64,000 bases of DNA, from assembly GCF_000150275.1 (NCBI RefSeq), contig NW_002060946.1:7843494-7907493 (forward strand), given 5' to 3'. The DNA comes from Trichoplax adhaerens. Lineage: Eukaryota; Animalia; Placozoa. The notes beneath the pieces are model-generated. The model saw only the letters and a program-made list of their open reading frames with translations. It was not told where the DNA came from and ran no database searches. Below, piece after piece: positions 27,703 through 40,915 of this stretch (the stretch's first letter is position 1; every line of letters begins with the position of its first letter). A program made the position numbers and the translations under genes.

Positions 27703-29230
27703 GTAAAAATACTACACTTTATACCATGATGAGGCTACCGGTACCCCCTCTTTTATAGTACGTTAACTTGTCAATGTACTGTAAGCATAGCTAGCACTCT
27801 ACGACTAGACTTGGTGGGATTCCACTACAAATATGAACTACAAATATGAACGGCGATGTCTCCGTCAGCCAAGTGGCAGGACGTTAAGCTAGTTATAATG
27901 AGCAGTAATTTAATTCATGACATGAAGCGATTTAATTTACTTATTTACTGATGCCTTACACTGTTTTAGGAGGGTAAGGTAGAGTAAAGTCGTAAATTAT
28001 ACAATAAAAATCCTACACTTTATAGCATGATGAGGCTGCCGGTACCCCTCTTCTAAAATTGATACGTTCGTTAACTTGTTAATGTACGACTAGATTTGGT
28101 ATTCCAAAAGAAACTACAAATATGAAGGGCAATGTCTCCGTCAGCCAAGTGGCAGGACGTTAAGCTAGTTATAATGAGCAATAATTTAATTCATGACATG
28201 AAGCGATTTAATTTACTTATTTACTGATGCCTCACACTGTTTTAGGAGGGTAAGGTAGAGTAAAGTCGTAAATTATACAGTAAAAATCCTACACTTTATA
28301 GCATGATGAGGCTGCCGGTACCCCTCTTCTATGATACTTTAACTTGTTAACATACGACTAGATTTGGTATTCCAAAAAAAACTACAAATATGAAGGGTAA
28401 TGCCTCCGTCAGCCAAGTGGAAGGACGTTAAGCTAGTTATAATGAACAGTAATTTAATTCATGCCATGAAGCGATTTAATTTACTTATTTACTGATGCCT
28501 CACACTGTTTTAGGAGGGTAAGGTAGAGTAAAGTCGCAAATTGTACAGTAAAAATCCTATACTTTATAGCATGATGAGGCTGCCGGTACCCCTCTTCTAA
28601 AATTGATACGTTCGTTAACTTGTTAATGTACGACTAGATTTGGTATTCCAAAAGAAACTACAAATATGAAGGGTAATGCTTCCGTCAGCCAAGTGGCCGG
28701 ACGTTAAGCTAGTTATAATGAGCAGTAGTTTAATTCATGACATGAAGCGATTTAATTTACTTATTTACTGATGCCTCACACTGTTTTAGGAGGGTAAGGT
28801 AGAGTAAAGTCGTAAATTATACAGTAAAAATCCTACACTTTATAGCATGATGAGGCTGCCGGAACCCCTCTTCTATGATACGTTAACTTGTTAACGTACG
28901 ACTAGATTTGGTATTCCAAAAAAAACTACAAATATGAAGGGTAATGCCTCCGTCAGCCAAGTGGCAGGACGTTAAGCTAGTCATAATGAACAGTAATTTA
29001 ATTCATGACATGAAACGATTTAACTTATTTACTGTTCGATGTCGCCATGCGCTGGCTTGCACTGTTTTAGGACGGTAAGGTAGAGTAAAGTAGCGAAGTG
29101 ACAGGAAGTTGAGCTAGTCATAATGGACAGTACTTTAATTCATGACCTGAAACGATTTAATTTATTTATTTACTGTTGCCTCGCACTATTTTAGGAGGGT
29201 GAGGTAGAGTAGAGTCGCAAATTGTACAGT
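27703..29230. repeat. Tandem array of ~270-bp units (5 full plus a partial/degenerate end) with alternating A/B subtypes
   Basis: Anchor 'atgatgaggct' at 27726, 28027, 28303, 28571 and 28847 (periods 301, 276, 268, 276). Confidence 0.95.
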
Positions 29231-30244
29231 ATTGTAAATGATATCGGCAGCAATTTGCTGTAGAGAAGTAGGATATTCCGCTCGATTGGGTAGATGGGAT
29301 CGAATTCTGAAGTATATTTGATACCAGCAAAATGCTCGTATGAGAGGGGGGTGCTCCTGTTAATTTGGCAATGTAATTAGACCCCAAAGCTTAATAGAAT
29401 GCAATATTGTGGTCACCATTTCCATTCGTATCGAATATCATCAATAATCTTCCAATCCAATCAATTGAACGTTAAACATGAGATTTTACTTTTTCAATCA
29501 GCGTAATTTCTCCTACTATTCTAGGTTAGCTTTATCAAAAATTAGATGAGATCGATGGTAAAATTATTTTTCCATACTCAAACGCTAATTCATTTATATT
29601 GATTCCTGATACGGATGAAAATAAAGGCTTAATACAGTAGTGGTATCTTGAAAATCAATTATTTAGAGTAAGAAGAGCTCTGCAACTGGTCTTAGTCTGA
29701 TATCGATTACAGTACATATGATAATCGATCTCCATTGACGCATAGAAAATAGGTGAAGATTTTCAATCCTACATGGATAATCACTAATTGTACCAATCAA
29801 TCAATCATATTTGAAGAAAAGATGGGCCATTCGTAAAAGATTTTAACTTTGTTTATTTATATCAACGGGTGATAACTTGACGTATCACATAAAGGAAAAC
29901 TTATAAAAACAAGCGAAACACGCGAAAATTCAACGAAATATATCGCGATTTGAAGTTAATAGAAAGTAAAACGCATTCATTTAATTTGATACTGTGCGGT
30001 GATTAGTATTGATTGTCGAGATAAACTTGCGATTACTTAAATAATACATTGATCTTGACTAAGCTGAAGTTATTAGTATTACTGAATCGCCCCAAATCGA
30101 AAAACGAGCTTAATATAAACCAAATAAGACTGATCCATTGGTACCTTCAAATGGTATAGTATTTTGGCATTAACATGGATGATTACATCCATGAATATAT
30201 AAAAATGATAACATCATTCTTTTATCTTTATCTGCTTATAACAT

Positions 30245-33200
30245 TTAGCCATTCATTGTTTCACTAATTTGCTTAATAATACTGTATTTTCCAGTTCTTC
30301 CTTGGCATATAAACATCGATTGCTCTAAGTTGCCTGTTACGTTCCATGCTTGAATATAAGGCGATTGAATGGTGTGAATCAATTGTAGGCTGACATTATC
30401 ATAAAATTGAATTTTTCCACTTAATTCTTCAAAGACTGCAAAGTATTTCTTCGTGAACAAACTTTCCACCCTATAGATTTTAGCATCCAAATAGAACTGT
30501 TTTATAATGTCGCCATGGCTTTTACCCAATAATTGGCCGGTGTGGCTAAATACCTAAATTTACATAGTTAGAATTTGCAATAAATCAGTAATCATCCCGT
30601 CTTACACTTAAACTCGTAAATGAAAAGGGATATTTACCGTTGTTTCCTCATTTCTTTCAAATAGAAAGCATTCTTTATTTGCTTCTTCATTACAATATGC
30701 TACCTGTAAATAAATTGATGCTATCAATCGATCACGACCTTATTATCAGCACTTAGCATAAGAATTATCAGTAATCTAAAAATAAAAATAGAAACAAATA
30801 TTCTGCATAATTGTTTATTATCTCAGAATGTGATAATCGTAATAAAGTGACATACAAATATGTTGGCAATTTTTTCACCCCATTGCTTTTTCATCATATC
30901 CAGACTTCGAGATGATAGCGACACATTTAGATTCTTGCTGCTGCTTTTCTGAGTTGGTAAGATGATTTTGCATACAATTCCGTCATCCTCCTTGTAAATA
31001 TGCGATTTAAGTAATACGCAGTTGTTGACAGTATCTTCCAGTTTGTACCACTACAAGATAATAAAAAAACTGCAATGAACTTTATCTTAATTTTATTTTA
31101 GTTCTAAAAATTAAACATATCAAAAATTTATCTCCAGATCTAAAAGGCAAAATTTTCAATGTACTGATACTGTATTTCGTGGCATTTTACACACCTTAAC
31201 TACACAATCGGCGCTTTCTTTTATTTTCTGGCGCGTAATCAAATAGTACTCATCGCAATAGATGATTTTAATGGACTGATAGAGATACATATCATCACCT
31301 ATATCGGCTATCTTATGCTCTTGGCTATTCTTTACCATCATTATAAGCCAGCGATCACGATTTTCCCCTTTCTAATAATAGCATTAACAGTATCTTATCA
31401 TTTTAATAATCAGTAAATAAATAGTTATAAAGTCATAGAATAGTATGGATACCAAATTAATCGTAATGGAAACAATTTAACATTATCAATTTATCCCTTT
31501 GAAATAAGCCTTCATTTACAGTATCTGTATCTCCATTATATTCTGTGTATTACCTTGATATAAAATATGAACATGTAGACGTTGTCTTCTTTCCTGTATC
31601 TAGACTTCCAAGTAACAATATCAGCTGGACTTTCTTCCCACAATGTGTACTTGAATTGTCCTTTTTGGCTAATTGATCCTAACACACTATTAAACTGCAC
31701 AATCCCAAATATGCGATTAGGCGGATGTTTATTTGTACTGTAGTATTAAGATTCAATACGAAAATTAGGCTGCAAGTGTAAATTTCCTAATCAAAATATG
31801 CGTAATCTTGCCAAATATCTAGTATTTATACTCTGAACATAATTTTTAAAACGGATATCAATAACGATCGTTTTTAACAAAAATGGCAATTATCTCATAT
31901 AAAAGGCAATAATTATCCCTTGCAATATAAAAATTCGAAATTTGTTATATCAGTATTTTATGCGGCACCTCAGTTACAACTATGTGGCAGTGTTCATTAT
32001 TCCAATCGGTGAGAGACGTAATGCCAATCACTTTACATTTATACCACCGCGTTAAAATAACGGAATCAGTTTCACTGTATAAATAACAATTTTGATACTC
32101 TTGGTCTAACTTGTAGTCAATCGATAGATCAAGCGATTCGTTCCTGTATATCTAAGTTTACCGATAAAGAATAATGTTAGCTTATCTGCTGTAGTCAACT
32201 ACGTACTTATGAATAGCCCTGAGTACTATAGTTTTATGCAACTCTTCCTCGCTACCTTATATAATAATAAATGTAATGGCTAACCATACATGATAAAGAC
32301 AGCTTAAAATATAAAAATAATTAGCGATGTCAACTTACCTTCAGCTTTTTAATTCCCTTAGTTCTATTTTCGGTTAACTGAGCAACTACTGGAATTGAAT
32401 TAATAAAGGAAGCACTGGAATCAATGATGATTTCTTGGCTATCTTTATCGGCATTGACAACATTATCGGTTAAAGGGCGGGCTTGAATGTTTCGCCATAT
32501 TGTACTCTCAACTACAACAATCCAAAGAGGAAAAGTCGGATAATTCTCAAATTTATGATCCAATTTCAGATAGACTATATCAAAAAATATGTTGCTAATG
32601 CACGTACCATCTAGGCTGTATTGATATAAGCATTGAGTTCCGTGTTTGTTATAATCAAATAAATGGTAACTGCCAGGCATAAATCTAAGATTATGAGAAG
32701 AGTAGCTGCAACGGAGGTTGATGTAAGACTTGGCATGTCCATTAACGAATTTAATGAGCTAATTAAAGAGAAATACAAAATCCCATTAAAGAAGGATAGA
32801 ACATCTTTAAAACAATTTTTAACCTAAATTGCAAATAGTAATGAAAATAAAGAATTCCTTCAGTTTACGGTTTTAAACTAACCGTGAGGTCATTTTCATG
32901 AGATTTCGGAATAACTAATAACTGCTGATCATCAGAAACGATCACATTAGAAATTGGCTTATCACTAATGTAAATGGGGTAGAAGAAATCTGTGAATCCT
33001 TCAAGAAAACTACAAGTTTTGCTATCTCTCCCTTCTTGAGTTAATAAACCTAAAACTTTCCCATAAATGACAAAACAGGCAGATTGTGTCTGATTACTAT
33101 ATTTGATCCTTTTCAATTGGTAATCATAGTTCGATGCAGTAGCCACGGTGTACCGGTCATCAACATGGTCAATAAATTCTGGTAGAAGGAATGTTTTTTC

Positions 33201-36200
33201 GCAATACAATTTCTCAACATTCCATATCTAAGAATTTAGACAATTACCACTACTGTTAAAAAGGCCATGTGTAAAACTTTTATTCATATATATGCATTAA
33301 TAAGATTCAAATACCTCCATTTGACACTCATTAATCCAGCTTTTAGTAGACTGTAGTCTTTTATTTGAACTCCACCAGAAAGAAAGACTTTCACCATTGG
33401 AAGTAAATTCAAATCCTTCCAAACAATTCCAACATGAATTTAACTTCTCAGTTTCTTCTATACCGTATTCCTTAATATTCCACAGCTGAAATGGAGAATT
33501 TATTAGTCGTTTATTATAATTAATTATTGCTAAGATTTCTATATTTATAGTAAGTAATAAAGGCTCAAAATTTACCACTAAAATTGCGCTTATTCATAGG
33601 CGTAATTACGCTTATTCGTAAGAGCAAAATACACTGGTATGAATAAAATTTAAACTGCAGACTAAAGGTTAAAAAAATTATTGAGAATTACAGCTACATT
33701 GACAATATTGCCTCCTACTTGAATATCTTTTTTATTCACTGCAATCGTTAAAAGAACAGGGTTTTGACTTATAACTGGACAAAATTGTAACCATCGGCAT
33801 TCAAGTGTAGGCGTCTTCACTCCAGCACAATTTATAAAAGGTACACGTTCATGAATGTCCATATTGTAAATTTCCCATTTCTTATTCTGCTTCTTCTGTA
33901 ATAAAGATATTTATAAACGATAAAATCAAATATTCAGTATTGAATTCTAGCTTACACTTTCCTAAAGTATATAAAATTCTAGGAATTTTATTGATGAATA
34001 CTATCATCAATTATCGAAACTTATCAATAATTAAGACTCATCGAAAGAAAATACTTTGAGCTAAGGTGGGGATAAAATAAAATTGTCTGCATTTATATTT
34101 TACCTCTACTAATATATATGAGCATGCCTAGTATATCAATTATATTATCTGTATCAACATTATTACAGTTTCTATGTATACTTTTATAATTTAAACAAAC
34201 TAACCCTCACTGTAGCGTAGGCAATTAGCCTTCCATCGGCCGATATTCTAACTTCATGAATATATGCCTCTCCAATTGACAAACTGCATGCGGTTTTAAA
34301 TGTTTCATAATCTTTAACCTTTATAAATTCAAATATGAAGTAAGTTTTACAATAGATAATAAGCATCTGGACTAGCTTTTTCTAATTTTTTCATTTTATA
34401 GTTAATATTTCTTTTCGATATCGCATACTATACTACCATGCATGCATACTGCATAGGTTATATTTATTTCTTTAAATCTGCTCACCATAATTGTACAATC
34501 ACTCTTGCCATTATTTTTGGTATATGAAAATTTTAGATTTCCATATGCTGGATTTGAACAGCTTGGAACAACATCTTCCCAGCTTTTACCCATTATTTTA
34601 GACGCTTTCCACAGGCTCTGATCTGTGTCGTCATCAGGATACCTACAATTAAGAGAATAGTCTGCATTAATCAAAAAGTATGGTGAAGAAACTTAATAAA
34701 GGTTATTAATCTAGTAGCCACATGGTTACATGCAGTACACAACATTAATCAACACATACATATGATATCAGATGGCGATTATGACGATTAAAGTGAACAG
34801 TTTTAACTCTTTATTATAATCAAACGGTTGAATTGCATTATATAAGATTAAGACTCAATGTAAAAAGAGATCATTTTCACCCAGTAATCATCCAGCGGCG
34901 ACTTCTATTGCATTTTATCTGATCACATGCCAGCTTTCTGGCTTCCTTGAGAATACTGCTGTCTTTTTTAGCGCAGTACAACAGAAACTGTATAAAATCT
35001 CCATTATCAGTATCTAAGTAAGACTCGTAACGATGTAATAGCCGCAAAAGTTCTTCAGATTTTGTAGCATCCTAACCATGAGATACAATTAACATTAATG
35101 CTTAATACTTCTATACCTGAACGATTTTAATTGACTATCTTTAATCTAAGGTATAATTACTATTTCTGCAACTTAATATTACCTGTCGATTTATTTTTAA
35201 GTAGCTAATGTAATCTTGCAAATCTTCACGCAAATTAAATAACTCGACAATTTTGAGCTTTTCTATCATCCAACGATAATTTGACATTATTTCACGAAGA
35301 AATTGATCATCTGCTGCTTGAATTGCGTGATGCACAAGATGCTGGAAGTAATAGCCATCATCAAGATATAAATGCCAGTCTCTTTTGCATTGCAGAGCAT
35401 AGCCTTGAATAAGGGAGTGATTTAAATGACGCCAGTAACTTTGATTGCTTTCCTGTGGTGATGGTGATATTCGCAGATAATCAACCATGAGATCGTGTAA
35501 AACACAGTAAAGTCTATTGGTTGGATCACTTGGGTAAAGATCGAGAATATACATATATATAAGTTTGAAATGAATAATAAACAATATTATTAATGCCGGA
35601 TCGAGTATTGCCGGTATGTAATGACATGCTTAAAAATATTACTACGGCCCCTTCGTTTCGGTAAAAGTAACGTAGTAAACCACAATGGTAAAATACTTAA
35701 TTTATAATATTGGTAATCATTCTGCATCAGTGGAACAGTAACTAGGGTATAATTATGACGTTATGTAGATTTGATTAGAATAACTTATAAGCTACCAATA
35801 TTAGTACCAGTCGACAACTTAGCTCAAAATTTCCTGGGCAGATATATTCCAGTAATTCTACATTATCGATGTTGACTTAAACGTCAATTACTCAGCAAGA
35901 GCGCTTACCAACTGATTGTTCTATCTACGTAATACTATGTGATCCACCACGGTGAATCACTGAAACTTGTTAAACTAATAGGAGGGTAAAGACAGCTTAA
36001 ATATATACTTTTGCAGTACAGAAAATTTTGATGGCTTTGGCAGTTGCCGGTAGTAAAATACCGGTAAAGTAATACTATGAAAGCTGATAATTTCGTCATG
36101 GATCTTTTCTCACCTACTATCACTCTCAATAAGTTTCAACAATGACTTGCTACTCAATTCTTCCAGCAAAGATTCTGCTGTGATTCGATCACATCTCCAT

Positions 36201-39200
36201 AAAGCCATTATTGAGTTAGTCGGAATGGCAACTTTTTTGAAAACACCAAGGAGTAAAAACAGCCGTCGTGCTTCATCGTCTAGCTGTTGAATACTCAAAC
36301 TAAAAGTACCATATAAATTGAATTCATAGTTAGCTAATCTATTTCGATTTCCTTTCCTTTCGATAACCGCAACGGCATCTATCCATTGCTTATCAGAATT
36401 TAAACGTAAACCACCAATTAATGCGATCGCTAATGGTAGTCCACCACAGCTTTTAATAGCTCGTATAACATAAGGGTTCTCCTGCAAATTCTTTACATCT
36501 TCAGCACGACGGTACTTTGCTAATAGTTGCACTGCCTCATCATCTGTAAATCGGTCCTATAGCAAGAAAATTTGAGTCAAGCACTAACTTGATAGAGATT
36601 ATTAATTGAAGGTAAAAACTGTATTAATATTTGGACTAACAGACGCCGGGATACAATAGTGATCGAGCTCATTATCAGGATAGATAAATCGTGAGGTGAT
36701 AATTGACTTTTTTGCAAACTTTAGATATGGGTAGTAAGATTCTCTCCAAACATCGTCAAAAACGAACAAAGCCATCGACGTTTCATAATTATCTACAAAT
36801 TTTATAGCAAAAATGCGGTTATTTACAATTTTCATAATCGTTGCGATGAGCTATATCTAAGAATTTCAGAATTACGATATTATTGATATACCATTGTAAG
36901 CTAGATTATTGCTAATCAATTAGAAACATGACACTATTCCGTACTTAACTATAACTGTTTAATTTAATTTGAATTATTTATTGTTACAATAATGGTAGCT
37001 ATTTGTACCATTTACATACTTTCTAGATAGAGAGAGAGATAAGACTCAATTTCCTCTAAATCCTGAGGTACTTGTTTCCATTCAATGCCAAGCTTAATGC
37101 AAAGACCTTTCAGCTTGCTGAATAATTTATCTTCACTGATATCACCTTTATGATTCAAGACATAAACGACCCGATCTTAGACCTCAAAAGATTTCCTACG
37201 TTAGATGAATACTGGAACACAACTTTATGCTTATAAAATAAGTTAGCGAATTTTAAACAACTAAATATGGATAAATGAACTAGCTAAACTAAGCTATTTG
37301 TAGAAAATCAAAGAAATCTAGTGAGATCTGTGAGATGTAATCAGAATTCTATAATTTAAATTTAGTACAAACGAATAAATTGCTGATTTCTCACTCATTC
37401 AAAAAAGGAATTATGAGCACTTGAATGTACACTAAGCCTTATAATTGACAAAATAGATGAAACTGTTTATTTTGAATAGACCGTAAATATGCTGGGGCAG
37501 TATCACGAAGGAATTACGACATTATCTTCAAAAATCTTTAATCATTAACCATGTATGTCACTCTATTATTCAATTTATATAAGACTAATTAATAGAAGTG
37601 CCCCTCGAACTAATTTTATCCAGTTCGTTTATTTATTTATCTACAAGTCCGAAGCTTATAAAGCATACACATACAGTATATAATTGAAAATACCTTAAAC
37701 ATAGCAAACGTTATCATTTCATCTCAATGTTCATAATCAACTAAGATACCATAAGTATAGGTAGAATTATCATTCCATGTCAATCTAGACTATCAACTGT
37801 AAGGACTAAAGTGCATAGACAGAATTTCATACCTATTTTAACCCAGTAAACACCGCCAGTTTCAAAGCATCGATCAACTTCCGCAGTATGTCTGATAGCT
37901 TGACTCACAGCAATTGTTTTGCCGCTTCCAGCCATACCGTGAACCAGAATACGTCCGCCAGTTTCGTCAATTTCCTTCAATTTACTTGATATTACAGCTA
38001 TAAAATCCGTACGTACTATATAATGACTTGTCGGAGTTGGAGGAACATCACGAAGGTCTAAAATTGAAATTTTTTGAATTATGTAGGATTCATACTCGTA
38101 TTCAAGCTAAGTTAATACTTATTATGAATTTGGTGCTGAAATGATTACGATTTCAGCAACTAAATAGCAACGTCAGTTTCGTTAACTTGGCGCTATAAGT
38201 TTTAAGAATTAAAGCTTTACAGCTTCAATAAGTAAAAAAAATATAGTGATACTGTTTCAATTGTCAATTATTACGCGTAGAGAAGCAAACTTATCCATAT
38301 TCAGATTATCACATTTAAAAATTTGAAACAATGTCTGCTATATAATACTAAAAAATTTATAACCAACATTGTAATCTAATGTTACGGCGTAATTTATATA
38401 AAAATAATTCCCATCTGTGCTGTAATAATCAAATAAAAAATCTCTGTGCACAGCAAATTCTATTGCAATGAAACGATACTTAAATAACGATATAACCAGC
38501 TAGTAAAGCAGTAAATATCACTACAATACTTAACGATTGTAGTTCGACGTTGGCATAAAAATAGCTATAGAATTAGTGAGAAACATTAGCGATAAAAACT
38601 TGGGAAGAATTTTAAAACAACTAACTACATATACAGTAATAAAAAGGGCCGATATAGTACTCTGTGAATAACGATTGAGCAAAGTTAGCAGTAGCAGAGA
38701 TTAACAGTCTTTTCCATTTTTAAAGATTAAATATTTTATGAAAGACTAAAAGTTACTATGCTAATAAATTAAAATATCGTTGTAGCTATCGTTGGTAAGT
38801 TTTTATAGCTCAATCAAAAACAAAACATTCTACTTATTTATAGGCCAATTAAGTAATGAAAGAAGGAAGAAAGTAAGCTCCTTTAAGATACAAGTGACAG
38901 AATATTTAAATCGATCGCGAATAATACTAACCTACTGTCGGCATTACTAATACATCAGGATCTTCCTCAGCTTCTTTCTTCAGCTGTAAGCCAATATTTT
39001 GTATGTACTCAGCTCCATGGTTTTGCAAAATGTAGCAAAATTGATTAAAGTCCTCATCTCCTCGACGTTTGAGTATTATAATAAGCTTATTTGCTTTTTC
39101 TTTATTGGACCGGCAGTCTCTTAGAATGTCAACCTCTTCATCTGATAGGATTTGTTTAGCTCTAAGATCGAATAAGATATCCTCTACAGGAATGTCGTTA

Positions 39201-39256
39201 ATAATCTCATAACGATGTTTTTCGATGACCTGATTAACATGTTTGCTTATCCCCAT
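30245..39256 (-). CDS. APAF1: Apaf-1-like STAND protein: CARD - NB-ARC - helical domains - divergent WD40/beta-propeller, ~1376 aa. 18 exons: 39256-38932, 38057-37833, 37145-37020, 36792-36641, 36556-36114, 35528-35183, 35071-34881, 34642-34429, 34318-34211, 33895-33719, 33485-33315, 33227-32883, 32758-32339, 31694-31554, 31371-31195, 31050-30856, 30703-30638, 30553-30245
   Basis: CARD (HRYEIINDI...LRAKQILSDEE...KANKLIIILKRRG), P-loop GMAGSGKT, GGVYWVKIG, Walker B LFVFDDVW, IITSR, GGLPLAIALIG and LHDL. The spliced frame is open end to end. It may be a paralog rather than the one-to-one ortholog. The exon 6 acceptor is the least certain junction. Confidence 0.88.
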
Positions 39257-40327
39257 GCTCCTTAAACGTACATTATCTTCAAAGCAAAGAGTCTTTAATA
39301 AGCCGGTTTGATTGCACCAAGTATTTTGTAAATCAGTTTTAACCAACTGAGTTCCTAATGATACTTACCAATAATTCGACCAATTTCCCTATCTAACGAC
39401 AGTGTCAGATTAGTTGCTGTTTCATATTAGTAAAAAAATAATCTTGACAGATTATTATTACTTTACTCAGCTATGCAGTTGCTACCACTTATACGTTGAG
39501 TCAGAAATGCGGCAGACTAGGTCTTAGTTGCAGCAAGTTCGTTCAAGACAGCAACGTGGGAAAATAGAAACGCTGATGACTTTAGCTGTTAGTATTACTA
39601 AAAATACTTGGACAATTACTAAAGACCGCAGAATCACCTAACACGGAAAAGTCAGACTAATTAAATGCAGGTATATTAATCATAATATACGGTAATCAAT
39701 TAGTATGCACAAACTACATGGTATAACAGCTATACCCACCCTCAATCAGCACTTGCATAATTAGGTAATAATCATCTCGGATCTAGGATATGAATTCATG
39801 ACCAGGCACAAAAATAGACTAAATATAGCCGATCAATCATGTGATCAAATGCCTATTATATACCCTAATGTTTGAAATAAATTTTAAAGAATGTATTAGC
39901 TGCGCCGCAGCAAACATCAAAATAGAGGATACGTTATGGATGTAGACTAAAGCAGAATTTAGTTTAATGTGATTTTTATATCATTTAATTAGCCAATATA
40001 ATAAGCGACAATTACTTTATTTTTTGGTGCTATAAAGATGCTTTTGGATTTTGAGTGAACTAGAAAATTTAACTTAATTTATTCAATTAGACCGTTTCTA
40101 AGAGGATCGATTGCATTCTAGCTAATAATGACGTTGAATTAGTGAATGTTAGTCAATTTACATAACCATTAGTTTAACCATAAACTTAAAAACATCTTAC
40201 TTGCGTAAAAATCGATCTGTGGTTGGATCAACAAATAATAGTGAGAGTAAACTATCAAGATCACGATAATCCATTAAAAGGTAATGTTTAGATCTCAATA
40301 AAGATACACCAGCTTATGAATAGCGAG

Positions 40328-40792
40328 TAGGGAATGCGAATTATCTAATTACAATTCGAATCATCGTGATTGTAACTTATTTATGGTAGATTGTAAATTA
40401 TCGTAGAAATGTACCGTGATAGGACATATCGTAATCTGACTATTCTGTATTAATCATCAGATGTCTATGTTCGTAAATACTGTTGTCTACATTAGGGAGC
40501 AGTAGCTAAAATTAATGTCTATTTCAGTGAATGATTTCAAAGTTAATCGTACTACTTATGATTCATGAACTATTGAGGAAGAGTATATAAAAGCAGCATA
40601 TCGTGTAATAAAGTTAATTCTTAAATTTAGTGTTTAACGTAAAATACGAGGCCTTCAAGTTTTTGTGTAGTCTGCTAGTAGAGCAAAAGTGTTCCTGATA
40701 GAGCAGATATCTTTCCTTGATACGTGATTCAAGGAATTGACTTATTATTGATCGTAAATTACGTTATCTTGTTGTAAAGCTGTTTTGTAACA
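40328..40792 (+). mobile_element. Older, 5'-truncated copy of family A solo-LTR-like element
   Basis: Reverse complement of ~9085-9546 with many substitutions; ends ...gctgttttgtaACA. No matching TSD found. Confidence 0.75.
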
Positions 40793-40915
40793 GGTTCATT
40801 GTCAATTTCTGCAATTCTCGTATCCGTAAGTAGCCTTATTAATCTGTCTCGAGCGAATAAGATGACGTTAGCTCCATTTATAGTTAGCCCTTAAAGACAA
40901 AACTAAATTATTAAC

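Noticed and set aside
27703-29230. U3 snoRNA or 5S/snRNA gene array
   Set aside because: Only a faint resemblance to the U3 5' end; no box A (GATCATTTC) and no 5S or Sm-site features.
30079-30144. Possible extra terminal exon of the Apaf-1-like gene (ag|GTACCAATGGAT...)
   Set aside because: No good in-frame GT donor before the TAA at 30245, so the simpler model was kept.
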